Shown here: positions 37,151-50,715 of the stretch, piece after piece | Layout: each line of letters opens with the position of its first letter | Numbering within the stretch: position 1 is the stretch's first letter | Source: Octopus sinensis | Taxonomy: Eukaryota | Direction of reading: 5' to 3' | Assembly (NCBI RefSeq): GCF_006345805.1 | Contig: NC_043011.1 | Location: forward strand, 29,214,464 to 29,278,463 | Length of the DNA stretch: 64,000 nt | Position numbers and translations under genes: made by a program | The notes under the pieces: model-generated | The model's database searches: none | What the model was told of the DNA's origin: nothing | Seen by the model: the letters and a program-made list of their open reading frames with translations, nothing else

Positions 37151-37968
37151 AAATAACTCATAGCACCTGTACAATATTGTTTTTAAAACACTCAAGGGAA
37201 ATAATCCATTTCATTGTTTATGTTCAATTACTTTGAATATTGATTTTTTGTGTGTCCTATTTCTAATTTTTGCAGACAATATCACTCAATATCAATGTCA
37301 TCATCATCATCATTATCAGGAAAGTGAGGGCAGGCAGGGGAAGGTCTACATCCCAGTGAAATTGTCAAAAGATGGATGACTGCGGCAAAAATGGTTAGAG
37401 TGACTTTTCCATGCTGGCTTATGTGGAGGCATGTGGCAGAGGGTGTTAATTTTAGAGCTTTCCTTCTAGACTAATTGCATTCACCACAGTTAAGATGCTT
37501 AACCTACCCTTACAAAAATTCATTTAACCCATAGATGGGACCCTGACAGCTACTACTGTTCCATGTTAGAATAGATGTAGAAGTAATGGTAACTAAGGGG
37601 TAAGTCCACACTCCCTACAACCCCAGAACCTTCAAACTGGAGCCTTGAAAAGTATTTTATCCTTTATATATACACTGATCAGTATCTATGCGTTGAATAA
37701 AATTTATCTTTCTACTTGTTCTACAATACTTTTGAACACTTCAAAAACAAACTTGTTTGTATACATACAACGTATTTATATATATACACACACACTCACA
37801 TATACATACATGTATATATTATATAATGTATGTATGTGTGTGTATATATTATATATATATATATATGTATATTGTTTTCTTTTTATTGAAACTTAGTTTA
37901 TCTGACAACTCATGCCTCATGACACTTCCAGCTTCATGCAAGAACTGAGAACAGTTACAACTCAGTAA

Positions 37969-38014
<46 letters not shown>

Positions 38015-38591
38015 GGATTTGTACTCATAGAATTAGCATGTCAGTGTGTAACTGGTACTTGTGAATTATAAATGCAAACATCCACTATGCTTCCTTATAA
38101 TTTCTACCTGACTAATTTTACTCACAAGGCTTGGGCCAATTCAAGGCAGTTTCTATTTTCTCCATATTTTCCCCTCATTACACAAAGAATGACCTAAAAA
38201 GGTTTGATGCACATCTTCATATTGAGGGCATTTATTGTATGGAAAGAAATACGATATCATTTGAAGACTGTTCTACTTTGGCACATGAAGCAGTTGGATA
38301 GAAAAATGAGAAAACAAAAGAAAAGAAGCAAACTTCCTGTAGATATTGATTTTTATTTGAGCATGGGTAGGATGGGAGATAACCCCAAATTGATATGGAA
38401 TGGGAATCAGATTGTGTGACATACATGCTTTCTCAAGGTCATGCACAAATATAGAGAAAATGGCATCAATTTTGGATTGGAATTGTGTCTTAGATTTGGT
38501 TCTGAATGAATCTTAGTTTTCATTCTGGAGCATTTTTGAGTAAGATATGCATACATACAAACATATATAATATATATGTATATATATAAAG

Positions 38592-38664
<73 letters not shown>

Positions 38665-38666
38665 GA

Positions 38667-38715
<49 letters not shown>

Positions 38716-39384
38716 GATATATATATTATATTTATATATATTATATATGTATATATATATATATATATTATATTATATTATATTATATTAATTATTTTAT
38801 ACTTTTATCTGTTTCAGTCATTTGACTGCAGCCATGCTGGAGCATCAACTTGAAGGGTCTTAGTCAAACAAATAGACACCAGGACTTATTTTTTAAAGAC
38901 TAGTACTTATTCTATTGGTCTCTTTTGCTGAACCACTAAGTTACAGGGATGTAAACACTCCAACACTGGTTGTCAAGTAGTGATGGGGGGGGGAGCATGC
39001 ACAGACACAAACACACACATACACACACACACATATATAAATATATATATGTGTGTGTATATATATATACACATATACGATGGGCTTCTTTCAGTTTCTG
39101 TCTACCATATCCACTCACAAGGCTTTAGTTGGCCTGAGGCTATAGTAGAAGACACTTGCTCAAAGAGCCTTGCAATGAGACTGAACCCAAAAGTATATGG
39201 TTGGGAAGCAAGCTTATTACCACACAGCCATGCCTGTGCCTGTCCACACAGCCACACACACACACACAAATACACACACACACAGGTAGGCACATTAGTG
39301 TAAAACAATGTGGGAAAAATAGTACTTGAATACCAAGGGTAAAGTAATACACTTTATTATAAAAGCTAAAAAATATTCACAGAA

Positions 39385-39422
39385 CTGTTACTCAGAGTTT
39401 CCCATCACCATTCGTCGGGCAG
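39385..39422 (-). ncRNA. Degenerate hammerhead-like motif
   Basis: ctgc-CCGACGA-atggtgatgg-GAAACTC-t-GAGTA-acag: palindromic stem III and GUA triplet present; U4 to C change and poor stem II. Confidence 0.4.
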
Positions 39423-39658
39423 TTTTATATATATATATATAATCAAAATAAGCAACAAGGATATCCAGAGGTAATGCAGTATGATCATTTCATGCAACTC
39501 CATTTAATTGATTTTAATCACCTTACTTTGAAATTGTATGGAAAATACTGTACTAAATTCTGGTGCCTCAACTTAAGTACCATATTCATCTGAATCTAAA
39601 TTTTTGCTGAATTCATCTACCATACCCAAAGTATATATATATATATATATATATAAGG

Positions 39659-39872
39659 GATCGCCATGTTGATTCGCTAGCTTCTGCACGCATTTTTTTC
39701 TCTCCTTGTTTCTTTCTGGGTTTCTTTTCTGCGTATCTTTCTGTTGAAGAGCGTAGGCTCGAAACGTAAAAGACTTGTTTTATTTATATTCCTGAGCGCC
39801 ATACTAATACAATTGTTTGTTTGTATTCCACCTGCCTTCGTCTTTTGTTTATTTTCATAAAGCTTCCCGTTA
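39659..39872 (+). mobile_element. (TA)n-flanked short element family P1 with a hammerhead-like motif (39736-39773)
   Basis: tcttt-CTGTTGA-a-gagc-gtag-gctc-GAAACGTA-aaaga; homologues at 29735 and 59178. Confidence 0.75.
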
Positions 39873-39882
39873 TATATATATG

Positions 39883-39914
<32 letters not shown>

Positions 39915-41561
39915 CATTTGAAGGCTTGAAATGAGGAGTAGATAGACAGCCGACAACAGATGAAGGATCCTTTTTATGTGTCTACTTGTCCTGCTTTCCA
40001 TTTTTTCTTGTTGTCCACGTATTTCACTTGTTTTTCCCTCGTTTACATATGTCACTTGTTTTTTTCCTCTGCTCTAACTGTCCACATCTTTTATCTATCT
40101 CACATGTGTATGTTATTTGCACCGTTGGTGACGTCCTGTACTCACACATGCATATATGTATATATGTATGTATAAATATAAGAAATAAAGAAATAATGAA
40201 ATAATTATTGTAAAAATGCTAAGGATAATTACTGAAAGAAAAACTAAAAACAACAATAAAAACTAATATTCAAAACAGAAATTCAAAACCCTTACATGGA
40301 ATGTTTTTATTTTGTTACATTTTTTAAAAGTTTTGTTGTTCTTGTTGCTTACCAGAAAATATTAACATTAAAGGAAACAAGACAAAACTTCTTGTTAAAT
40401 TTAATTTAAATGCAATTTTTATTCATTATTAACGATATTCTAAATGTTATTAGGGAAATTATATTTGATTGAAATTAAAAGCCATTCAGTTTGTGAGACA
40501 AAAAAAAATCAAAAGCAAGAATAAAATTGAAAGAAAATTTCATTTAGAGTATTTTTTTGGCTTTTGTTTTCAATGGAAAAATTAAAAATAAACATTTTCT
40601 TTGCATTTTGTTTTCTTTTGTTTTGCATTTTTTTTTTTACTCTGTTTAAATGTTTAATGTTTATAAATCTTGTTTACAATACCTGATAAAGATCCCTTTT
40701 ATTAAGTCTCAATAGGAAAACACAAATTACAAACGATTAGTTATCTTTTGATTAACATTAGATTTTGACTATTCTGTAAAAAAAAAAATGAAATGCAAAA
40801 GAAAAAAGTGAAGGAAAAAATCACCGAACATAATTATAAATTAATCAGCAAGGCTTACTGTGCCGCAAGCAACTTGTTCTTTCGTTATAAAAAGAAATGT
40901 ATTGATACTAAAAACAGGTGTGGTTGAGTATATAGATGGTGCAGGCATGAATGTATGGTAAGAAATTTGCTTCCTAACCACATGGTTTCGGGTTCAGTAC
41001 TGCCATATGACACCTTGGGCAAATGCTTTTCATTGGCTCCTGGCTGACAAAAGTCTTGTGAGTGGATTTGTTAGATGGAAACTATATATATATATATATG
41101 TATGTATATATGTATATATATTATATATGTATGTATATATATATATGTATATATATATATATTTAATGATATTAAGGGTAATAAGAAATATTAGAAATTT
41201 CTACTACTGGATAATTTTCAAATTGAAAAGCCAGCATTTTTATTTACTACTGACAAGGAGCTGCGCTTGTGCAATAGATTTAAAAAAACTAGAATGTATA
41301 AGCACAGGGAATATACTGGATCACCTCGTGTATATATGTTTAATCTAGGGTGTACCTGCTGAAGAAGACTTCACCTAGCAAATTATTTTCTTTGCTAAAA
41401 TAAGGCTGAAACCATGGGCCAGGAGTTAGATGGTAATTGTCTTTATTTTTCATTCCCTTCGAAGTTTTATCCCTAATTGCGGTTTGGAATTTAACTGTTC
41501 TTTCTAGCGTGCAAGGAGTCCTATGATGGATGTCTCTTATGTGTTTAAATGTACACTGTAT

Positions 41562-41595
<34 letters not shown>

Positions 41596-42546
41596 ATGCA
41601 TACATACATGCATACAAACATACATACATATATTTATACTTATATATACATACATACATACATACATACATACGTGTGTGTGTGTGTGTGTGTGTGCGTA
41701 TTTATAAATTCATACATGTATGCATGTATGTATGTATATGTATGTATACATGTATGTATGTATACTTGTATGCATGTTTGTATATGAGCATGCATGTATG
41801 CATCCATGCATGTTTATGTTTATACCCCACCACTACTCGATTAGCTGTGTTGATTTGTTTCTGTCCCCGACTCACCAGTTCAGCAAAAGAGAACAACAGA
41901 GTAAGTGACAGGTTTAAAAATAAATACTGGATCGATGATTTGATCAACTAAGCCCTTCAAGTCAGTGCCACAGTATGGCCACAGTCTAATGACTGAAACA
42001 AATCTAAGATAAAAGACACTAAAATATAAGAGAAAATAAAATAAATAATTTGTAAAATAAACAAAAACAATCAACTAACCAATGACAAAATTGGTAACAT
42101 GTCAGATGTAATTTGTCATTTATGTTTAAACATTTTCCAGGTCATCTTTAATTTTTAGAATTCTTCTGGTGTCAATAAAGTGATTACCTTTGATATAATT
42201 GACTATCTCCATGAACTATACATACACTTATACATGTAAAAGTTCCTTTGCAGAATCACATAAAAGGGCCCATGTGGTGCCATGTAAAAACGACCGTGTG
42301 GTACCACATAAAAATTGTCCGTGCAAAAGCACCCACTGGGTGCCACATAAAAGCAGTCTCTATTGCTGAACCACTAAGTTATGAGGACACAGACAAAGTG
42401 GTTGCTGTTAAGTGGAACTTAACTGAGAGCTAATACAGTATCCGCCTGGATAATATATCCCGCCAAACTCATTTTTACGTATGCATATATATATGCATAT
42501 ATATATGCATATATAAGTATATATACATGTATACATACATGCATGT

Positions 42547-42580
<34 letters not shown>

Positions 42581-42593
42581 GAATTGATAGATA

Positions 42594-42992
42594 TCTTTAT
42601 ATATAAAAGTAAGGTTGTGTGTCTGTCTCCTACGATTTAGATTCCTAACTACTCCCACATTTCGCGGTGCAGTTTAACCAAAACCGGGTATCTTATAGTT
42701 GTGATTCATATCGAGCCCTTCTGGGTATTAGCGCACGTCTACGGTGAGTCTACGATTTTAAAAAAAATTTACCATCATTATTTTTCATTTTAATGCCTTT
42801 TTTCACTATTATATAAGGGAAGTAACTCTCTAAAAATGTCTACGATGAGTCAACGATTTAAAAAAAAATTTACCATCATTTTTTTTCCATTTTTAATGCA
42901 TTTTTTTTGCTATTTTTTGGCTATAACTCTCTAAAAATGCTTATATAGTTATTTCCCTTACAAACCCGAGCAACGCCGGGCGATACTGCTAG
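42594..42992 (+). mobile_element. Non-autonomous Helitron
   Basis: A|TC 5' end, subterminal hairpin cccgagcaacgccggg (42965-42980), CTAG|T 3' end, no TSD; internal duplication at about 42737 and 42838. Confidence 0.8.
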
Positions 42993-43107
42993 TATATATA
43001 TAAATATATATAAAAATACTGTAGTTGACATCAGGTAGCTGAATACTGTGAACAGGCTTTAAACAGCATACTACACTGTGTATACCTGAATATAAACTAT
43101 TGCATAT

Positions 43108-43147
<40 letters not shown>

Positions 43148-43394
43148 GTATATGGAGAGGGAAGTTTAATGCTCATTCAGGTGCAGAAATGAGAGGAAAA
43201 ATGTTATTCAATATATCGCATAAAATGTTTTCATTTATATGGAGCTAAGGTTTCATTCCATTGCTCTTTGAGTTAACCAATGCCATTACATTCCTCAAGT
43301 TAGTTGCCTTGGGGACTGCAAACAAGTAATGGGAAACTTGGCATAGCTAGGGAATGAAGAACCCACTTTGATTGCATGTGTATGTGTATGCGTG

Positions 43395-43444
<50 letters not shown>

Positions 43445-44222
43445 TATATATATGTATGCATGTACATATATATATGTACATATGTATATATGTATATATA
43501 TTATACATTTGCATGTTCTTGTGCATATGTATGTACGTATGTATGTATGTATGTATGTATGTATGTATGTATGTATGTATGTATGCATGCATGTATTTCA
43601 GAGTTGTTCATGTTCGGCAAGTGACTTGATTTGAGACTGTCGAAACTCAAGTAATTTCTTTTTGGAAAGATCCATTGGATCTTCCAGATTGTAATTGCTA
43701 TTTATGTATTGTAAGTTGTAAAGCATACGAGAACAAAAACTAATTGAGGAAAAGAAAGGAATGCAAAATTGCCCCTCACATGTACAAACAAATTATATTT
43801 ACATATAGATCTGCTGTGACATATAGGGTGCAGTTAACAGCATTGTAATATATTTCTCCTTGATGTGGATAAACGCAATATATGTAAATCTTAGGTTATG
43901 TAAGGAATCAGCAGCCCAAAATGCATGAGTTTTTAAGACTGATTTGTTACTAAAACATATAAAGTGGGGAAAAAATATCATTGCAAATTAGAAGGAGAGA
44001 GAGAGAGCCACAGAGAAGGAGGTGGTGAGTGAGAGATTTCAATTTTCCAAAATTATGGAAACGCATGTTATTTAAAATATCTTTGTTTGAAGTGTAATGC
44101 CCTTGTAGTTGTTTTATAACTTAAGACTAGCCTCACTCAAATTCTTTGATCAAAAGCTCTCCAACTGTGACATGATCATCTTTTTGGATACCAAGCACGA
44201 TTTTGTTTAACCCTTTAGCATA

Positions 44223-44622
44223 ACGATCTTACAAACAATAACTCTGAGCACCTTTTCAAACTCCACCTGTCTAACACCTGTGGACATGTTTACAAGGTCA
44301 GAAAACAGCACAGCTCCCATGAATTTCGGGAACATTTTTTCACGCTAAGAGTTGCTGAAGTATGGAACAGACTGCCCGCATCAGTTGTTAGTTGTCAGAA
44401 CACTGCATCCTTCAAAACTTCCATTCTTCCTGAGATTCGTCAACACTACACCTGATTTTCTCCCCTCCATACACATGCAAGCATGTATCTGACTCATACA
44501 CTGTTCACTTCCCAGACATTTGTACATTACTGTATATGCTTTATATGCACTTTTGACAAGTTGTGGTGCACCTGAGCACTGTATACAATAATTTCATTAT
44601 TATCATTATTATTATATTATTA
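44223..44622 (+). mobile_element. CR1-type LINE 3' fragment inserted in a TTAA-type MITE
   Basis: Highly similar to 717-1145; preceded by the ttaaccctttagca terminus at 44207. Confidence 0.85.
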
Positions 44623-44707
44623 TATTGTTCTGTCAAATGTAATGCTTATTTAATCACATTGTTTTGAATTAGCCATGCATTATTTTGTAGCATTGAGATT
44701 TTGATGA

Positions 44708-45090
44708 GGAGTAGCTTGCTTACCAACCACATGGTCCCAGGTTCAGTCCCACTGTGTGGCACCTTAGGAAACTATCTTATACTATAGCCTCAGGTCAACC
44801 AAAGCCTTGTGAGTGGATTTGGTAGATGGAAACTGAAAGAAGCCTGTCGTACATATGTATGTATGTATGTGTGTGTATATGTTTGTGTTTCTGTGTTTGC
44901 CCCCCCCCCCAACATCGCTTGACAACTGATGCTGGTGTGTTTACATCTCCGTAACTTTGTGGTTCGGCAAAAGAAACCGATAGAATAAGTACTAGGCTTC
45001 CGAAGAATAAGTCCTGGGGTTGATTTGCTCGACTTAAAGGCGGTGCTCCAGCGTGGCCACAGTCAAATGACTGAAACAAGTAAAAGAGAA
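44708..45090 (+). mobile_element. SINE type A
   Basis: Typical body and 3' end. Further plus-strand copies at about 26937-27275, 47897-48243, 48300-48515, 57460-57675, 61022-61405 and 63915-64000. Confidence 0.88.
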
Positions 45091-45699
45091 AAAAAGAGAG
45101 AAAGAGAAAAGTAAGAAAGATAAAAGAAAGGAAGCGGAGAGCATGGAGGAGGTGTTGGTGATGATGATGATGAGGGTGGTGGTGGTGGTGGTGGTAGTGG
45201 TGGTGGTGGTGGTGGTGGTGATGAGTGAGCAGACAAAAGTTTTCCTTTGAAAGAATTGCAGTGATGGCAATGACTAAGTTGATGACAATGATGACGATGA
45301 TGACGATGATGATGATGATGATGACGGCAACGATGACGACGATGATGATGACAATGGTGATGATTGTGTTAAGGATCATAATAATGATAATAGAGACTGA
45401 TTGTGGTTAACTCTTTTGTTACTAAAATAACTTGAAATAGTTTTGATGAGAGTTAAATGTTGCCATGTATGAAGATGTACGTTAGTTTTTTTTTTTGTAT
45501 TTTTTGCTTTGTTCTTTTTCTTTTCTTTTCTATTGCTTTTTTTCTCTTTTTGTTTTAGCTTCCTGCTGCCAAAAATCATCTATAAATACAGACTTCACAG
45601 TCTGTAATTCCTTTCTTTCATAGGAAAAACTTTTGTCTGCTCAACCATCACCCCCACCCCACCACCACCCCCACCACCATCATCACCAACGCCTCCTCC

Positions 45700-46963
45700 A
45701 TGCTCTCCTCTTCTTTTCTTTTTCTTTCTTACTTTTGTTAACCCTTTTCCTTTTTTCCCCTTCCTTCTCTCTTTATTCTCTCCCTTCTTTCTTTTCGCCT
45801 TTTTCCCTTTTCATTCCTCCAGCTTCTAATTCTTTATTTCCTCCTTTATTTCTTTCAAGCTATCATTCTTTACTTTCTTTCTTTCTTTTCTTTTTTCTTT
45901 CTTCCAGTCTTTCTTTCAATCTTTCTTTAGTTTCTTTCTTTATTTTTCCCTCTTTTCTTTCTTTCATTCTTTCTTTCTTTCATTCAGTTTTCCTTTCTTT
46001 CTCTTTTCTTTCTTTCTACCAGCCTTTTTCAATCTTTCTTTTGTTTCTTTCCTCCTTTCTTTCTTTCAGGCTTTCTTTCTTTTTTTTTTGGAGGGGGGGT
46101 CTTTTCTTCTTTTTCCTTTCCCCTCTTTCTTTTGGGGGGTTCTTTTCTTTTTCCTTTCTCTCTTTCTTTCTTCAGTTTATTTCTTTCTTTTCTCCTTTCT
46201 TTCTTTCTTTCTGTTCTCCTTTCTTTCTTTCAATCTATTTTCCCTCCATTCTTTCTTTCAGTCTCTCTTTACTTTCTTCTTTCCTTCTTTCTTTCATTTC
46301 TTTTTTCTTTTCTCCTTTCTTCCTTTCAAGCTTTCTTTTGTTCTTTTCTAGCTATCTTTCTTTCTTTCTTTCTTTCAATCTTTCTTTCATTTCTTTTTTC
46401 TTTTCTCCTTCCTTCTTTCTTTATTTCTATTTTTCAATCTTTCTTTATTTATTTCTATTTTCAATCTTTCTTTCTTTTCTCCTTTCTTTCTTTCTTCCAG
46501 CTTTTTTCAAGCTTCCTTTAGTTTCTCTTCTCCTTTCTTTTTTCTTTAGTTTCTTTCTCTCCTCTATTCTTTCTTTCAAGTATTCTTCAGTTTCTTTCTT
46601 TCTTTCTTTCTTTATTCAGTTTCTTTCTTTCTTTCTCTTCTTCTTTCTTTCCTCTATTCTTTCTTTCAAGTATTCTTCAGTTTCTTTCTTTCTTTCTTTA
46701 TTCAGTTTCTTTCTTTCTTTCTCTTCTTCTTTCTTTCCTCCATTCTGTCTTCCCTCCATTCTTTCTTTCAGTCTCGCTTTACTTTCTTCTTTCCTTCTTT
46801 CTTTCATTTCTTTTTTCTTTTCTCCTTTCTTCCTTTCAAGCTTTCTTTCTTTTGTTCTTTTCTATCCTTCTTTTTTCTTTCTTTCTTTATTTCTATCTTT
46901 CAATCTTTCTTTATTTCTGTCTTTCAATCTTTCTTTCTTTATTCATTTCTACCTTTCAATCTT

Positions 46964-46994
<31 letters not shown>

Positions 46995-47030
46995 TGTCTT
47001 TATTACTTCCTTCTCAACTCCAGCTCATTA
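45700..47030. repeat. 1.3-kb polypyrimidine (TTTC/TTC-rich) tract with internal duplications
   Basis: Direct reading; source of the spurious 557-aa ORF. Confidence 0.95.
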
Positions 47031-47474
47031 TCCTCATCAATCACTCTTCCACTTCACTTCTCCTATTCTCTCACCCACCCAATCACGGCTTCCTCTCACA
47101 CACCAAGACACACACTATCGCCCAATATTCCCACACCTAACTTACCCACCACAAACATCCTGTTTCCTTACTCAGATAATATTTGCCATCTTCACAAGTC
47201 AATCGTTACAGTGAGTTTAGAATTCATATGTAAATTTGCTTTTAACCATTTTCCAGAAGCTTCATTTCATTCTCATTCATATACCTACTTTTGTTCTGGC
47301 TTTTGATAACACTTTCCTTCTTTTCTTCTTTCCTTCCTTCCTATTCTTTTCTTTCTTACAATCACACATATATACATACATATACATATACATACATAGG
47401 CTTGCATTTATTTGCGAAACTCATTCAAAGGTATATACATGTAGGCAAACGCTTATGATTATACACACACACAT

Positions 47475-47730
47475 ATCATCATCATCATCATTTAACGTCC
47501 GTTTTCCATGCTAGCATGGGTTGGACGGTTCGGCCGGGGTCTGGGAAGCCAGGAGGCTGCACCAGGCTCCAGTCTGATCTAGCAATGTTTCTACAGCTGG
47601 ATGCCCTTCCTAACGCCAACCACTCCGTGAGTGTAGTGGGTGCTTTTTATGTGCCACTGGCACAGGTGCCAGCCAAGGCTGGCAATGACTGCAATCAGTT
47701 GGTGCTTTTTACATGCCACAGGCATGGAAG
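47475..47730 (-). mobile_element. RTE-type 3' tail copy
   Basis: (CAT)n-ttaacgtccgttttccatgctagcatgggttggacgg...ggatgcccttcctaacgccaacc. Others at about 28600-28875, 49620-49850, 58821-59135, 60270-60480 and 61880-62178. Confidence 0.85.
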
Positions 47731-48239
47731 CCAGTCAATATTGTCGTCTAAATTATGCAAAAATGAAAAAAACACTGACATCTCATTTTAACAGATATAT
47801 TTACCAAAATTACATTAAAGTATCTTGAAATACTAAAGAGTAAATTTTTGCCTCTAGTTGACTTCAGAGTCATCTGCAACTTTTTTGGATGGTCTCCTCC
47901 TTTAAGTTGGGCAAGGGTCATCTATTATAGCCTCAGGCTGACCAAAACTTTGTGAATGGATTTGGTAGACAGAAACTGAAAGAAGCTTATTTTTGATATA
48001 TAGATATATATATATGTATGTGTGTGTGTGTGTATTTGTCCCCACCACCATCGCTTGACAACCAATGTTGGCATGCTTATATCCCTGTAACTGAGCAGTT
48101 TGGGAAAAAGGGACCAATGGAATAAGTACTATACTTGCAAAACATAAGCTCTGGGGTCGATTTCTTCAGCTAAAACCCCTTTAAGGCAGTGCTCCGGCAT
48201 AGCCACAGTCAAAGGACTGAAACAAGTAAAAGAATAAAA

Positions 48240-48287
<48 letters not shown>

Positions 48288-48573
48288 TATGTATGTATGT
48301 GTGTGTATATGTTTGTGTGTCTGTGTTTGTCCTCCTGAACATCGCTTGACAACTGATGGTGGTGTGTTTACATCTCCTTAACTTAGTGGTTCAGCAAAAT
48401 AGACTGATAGAATAAGTGCTAGACTTCTAAAGAATAAGTCCTGGGGTCGATTTGCTCGACTAAAGGTGATGCTCCAGCATGGCCAGAGTCAAATGACTGA
48501 AACAAGTAAAAGAGTATATATATAATATATATGTATGTGTGTGTGCAAATATATATATATGCATGTGTGTGTG

Positions 48574-48609
<36 letters not shown>

Positions 48610-49229
48610 TTTGAATATATATGTACATACAGTTATATACATACACACTTTTGGCACATAACACAAATAAACACATGCATACAAATTACACACATGCATA
48701 CAAATTACACACACATACACACACACACACAGACATACACATACACACACACACTTAGAGTCAAGTCAAGATAAATATTTATTATCCCAATGTAAACATG
48801 CAAATGAAACTTGTGGTTCAATGTCACAGAAAATACTTTCAAATAGTTAAACTCTCTTGCAAAGATATCCTTGATATAATTGGACAGATAAGGATATAGT
48901 CACTGAGGTCTAGTGATAAAAGGATATCAGTGAGATATATCTGATGTTGTTGTTGTTACTGTTGTTTTTGCTGTTGTTGTTGTTGCTGTTGCTGTCATTG
49001 GTGTTGATTCAGCACTTCAGTCGTACATATTGATACTTTATCTAAATCCTTTGATTCACTACATTACTTAAATCGCATAGTCTTGTATCTTACTCAAATC
49101 ACAATGTGATAGGGTTACACTTCGGGGAAAAACAATAAACAGTAAACAAATGTAGGAGATAGCTAAGGTAGAATTTTGATTCATGGATATTTATTGCTTG
49201 TACAGATAATATTACAGCTATTGAATCAC

Positions 49230-49250
49230 ATAATGCTGTCATCATCGCCT

Positions 49251-49281
<31 letters not shown>

Positions 49282-49297
49282 CATCATCCCCATCACC

Positions 49298-49331
<34 letters not shown>

Positions 49332-49534
49332 CCACCATCTTCATCATCGTCATCATCATCATCACCACCATCATCATCTTCATCATCATCACCATCATCA
49401 TTGTCATCATCACCATCGTCATCACCATTACCACCACTATCATCACTACGATCATCATTGTCATCATTATTATCATCATCATCATCACCATCACCACCAC
49501 CATCGTCGTCATCATCATCATCATCATCATCATG

Positions 49535-49582
<48 letters not shown>

Positions 49583-49625
49583 GTTGTCACCATCGTCATT
49601 GTCATCATCATCATCATCATAGTCA
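49230..49625. repeat. (CAT)n/(CAC)n compound microsatellite
   Basis: Direct reading; source of poly-Met and poly-Ser ORFs. Confidence 0.95.
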
Positions 49626-50094
49626 TGCTGGCATGCATTAGATGGTTTAACAGGATCTCAAGGATCGAAGGACTGCATCATAACTGATATGTCTACTTTG
49701 GCATGACCTCCATGGATGGATGGCTGAGTGCCCTTCCTAATGTCCACCACTCTACTAAAACATACTTGGGTACTTTTACGTAACACCAGCACTAGTAAGG
49801 TTGCCATGCACTTCACAGAACTAAGACCCCCCATTTGGGGGGGGGAACTGAGTGAGGCCCACAGTACAGTGCACTATGAAATGAGAGATTAAAGTATGGA
49901 AGAAGAAGAAATAACAGAACAGATTCCATTACAATGTGATTGTGTTACACCTGAAAACAAGAAATAAATGATGTTGTTGCTACTAAATCACATAATTTTA
50001 AAAGGTAATAAGCTGCAAACAAAGAACATAGTATCTGTACACCACTGGGTCTCATCTTCTTATGACTCAGAGACCCTTTTTCACCAGATGGTAT

Positions 50095-50715
50095 TTTACA
50101 AATGCCCCACCTACAAATGCCCTACCTAAAAAAGTCTTATCTGCAAATACCCCACCTACAGATGCCCCACCTACAAACGTCCCACCTACAAATGCCCCAC
50201 CTACAAATGCTCCACGTACAAATGTCTCACCTACAAATGCCCTACCTACAATTGTCCAACCTTCAAATACCCCACCTACAGATGCTCCACCTACAAATGA
50301 CCAACCTACAAATACCCCACCTACAGATGCTCCACCTACAAATGACCCACCTACAAATGCCTCACCTACAGATGCCCCACCTACAAATACCCCACCTACA
50401 AATATCCGACCTACAAATGTCTCACCTACAGATGCCCCACCTACAAATGTCCCACCTACAAATGTCTCACCTACAGATGACCCACCTACAAATGCCCCAC
50501 CTACAAATGTCTCACCTACATCATCATCATCATTGTTCGACTGTGGTCGAGACAATGGAATTTACCATGCTACGCCAGACTTCATGGTCCATCATGGCAT
50601 TACGGAGGTCCTGTTGCTGGATGCCTGTAGGCCTGGAGATTACATCAGGGTAGGAGAGTGTGCGCCCTCTGTGCGCCACCTACAGATGCCCCACCTACAA
50701 ATGTCCCACCTACCC
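50095..50715. repeat. 15-bp minisatellite (consensus ccacctacaaatgcc), interrupted at about 50521-50665
   Basis: About 28 units before the interruption and about 3 after it. Confidence 0.95.

Noticed and set aside
38170-38520. Protein-like frames (ORF 38204-38419)
   Set aside because: No recognisable motif or credible splice boundaries.
39465-39510. Additional hammerhead (GAAA-palindrome-UA with a short stem II)
   Set aside because: No CUGANGA-like core upstream of stem II.
40683-40773. Strong AG/GT-bounded 91-nt minus-strand segment
   Set aside because: Stops in all three frames; AT-rich cryptic sites are common, so unsupported without RNA data.
43618-43652. gac-t-gtc-gaaac hairpin resembling part of a hammerhead
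   Set aside because: Core and cleavage triplet cannot be placed.
45633-47306. 557-aa ORF, the longest in the window
   Set aside because: Stop-free only because the strand is almost pure T/C; Phe/Leu/Ser low complexity, no domain.
49099-49638. Poly-Met and poly-Ser ORFs
   Set aside because: Derived from the (CAT)n microsatellite.
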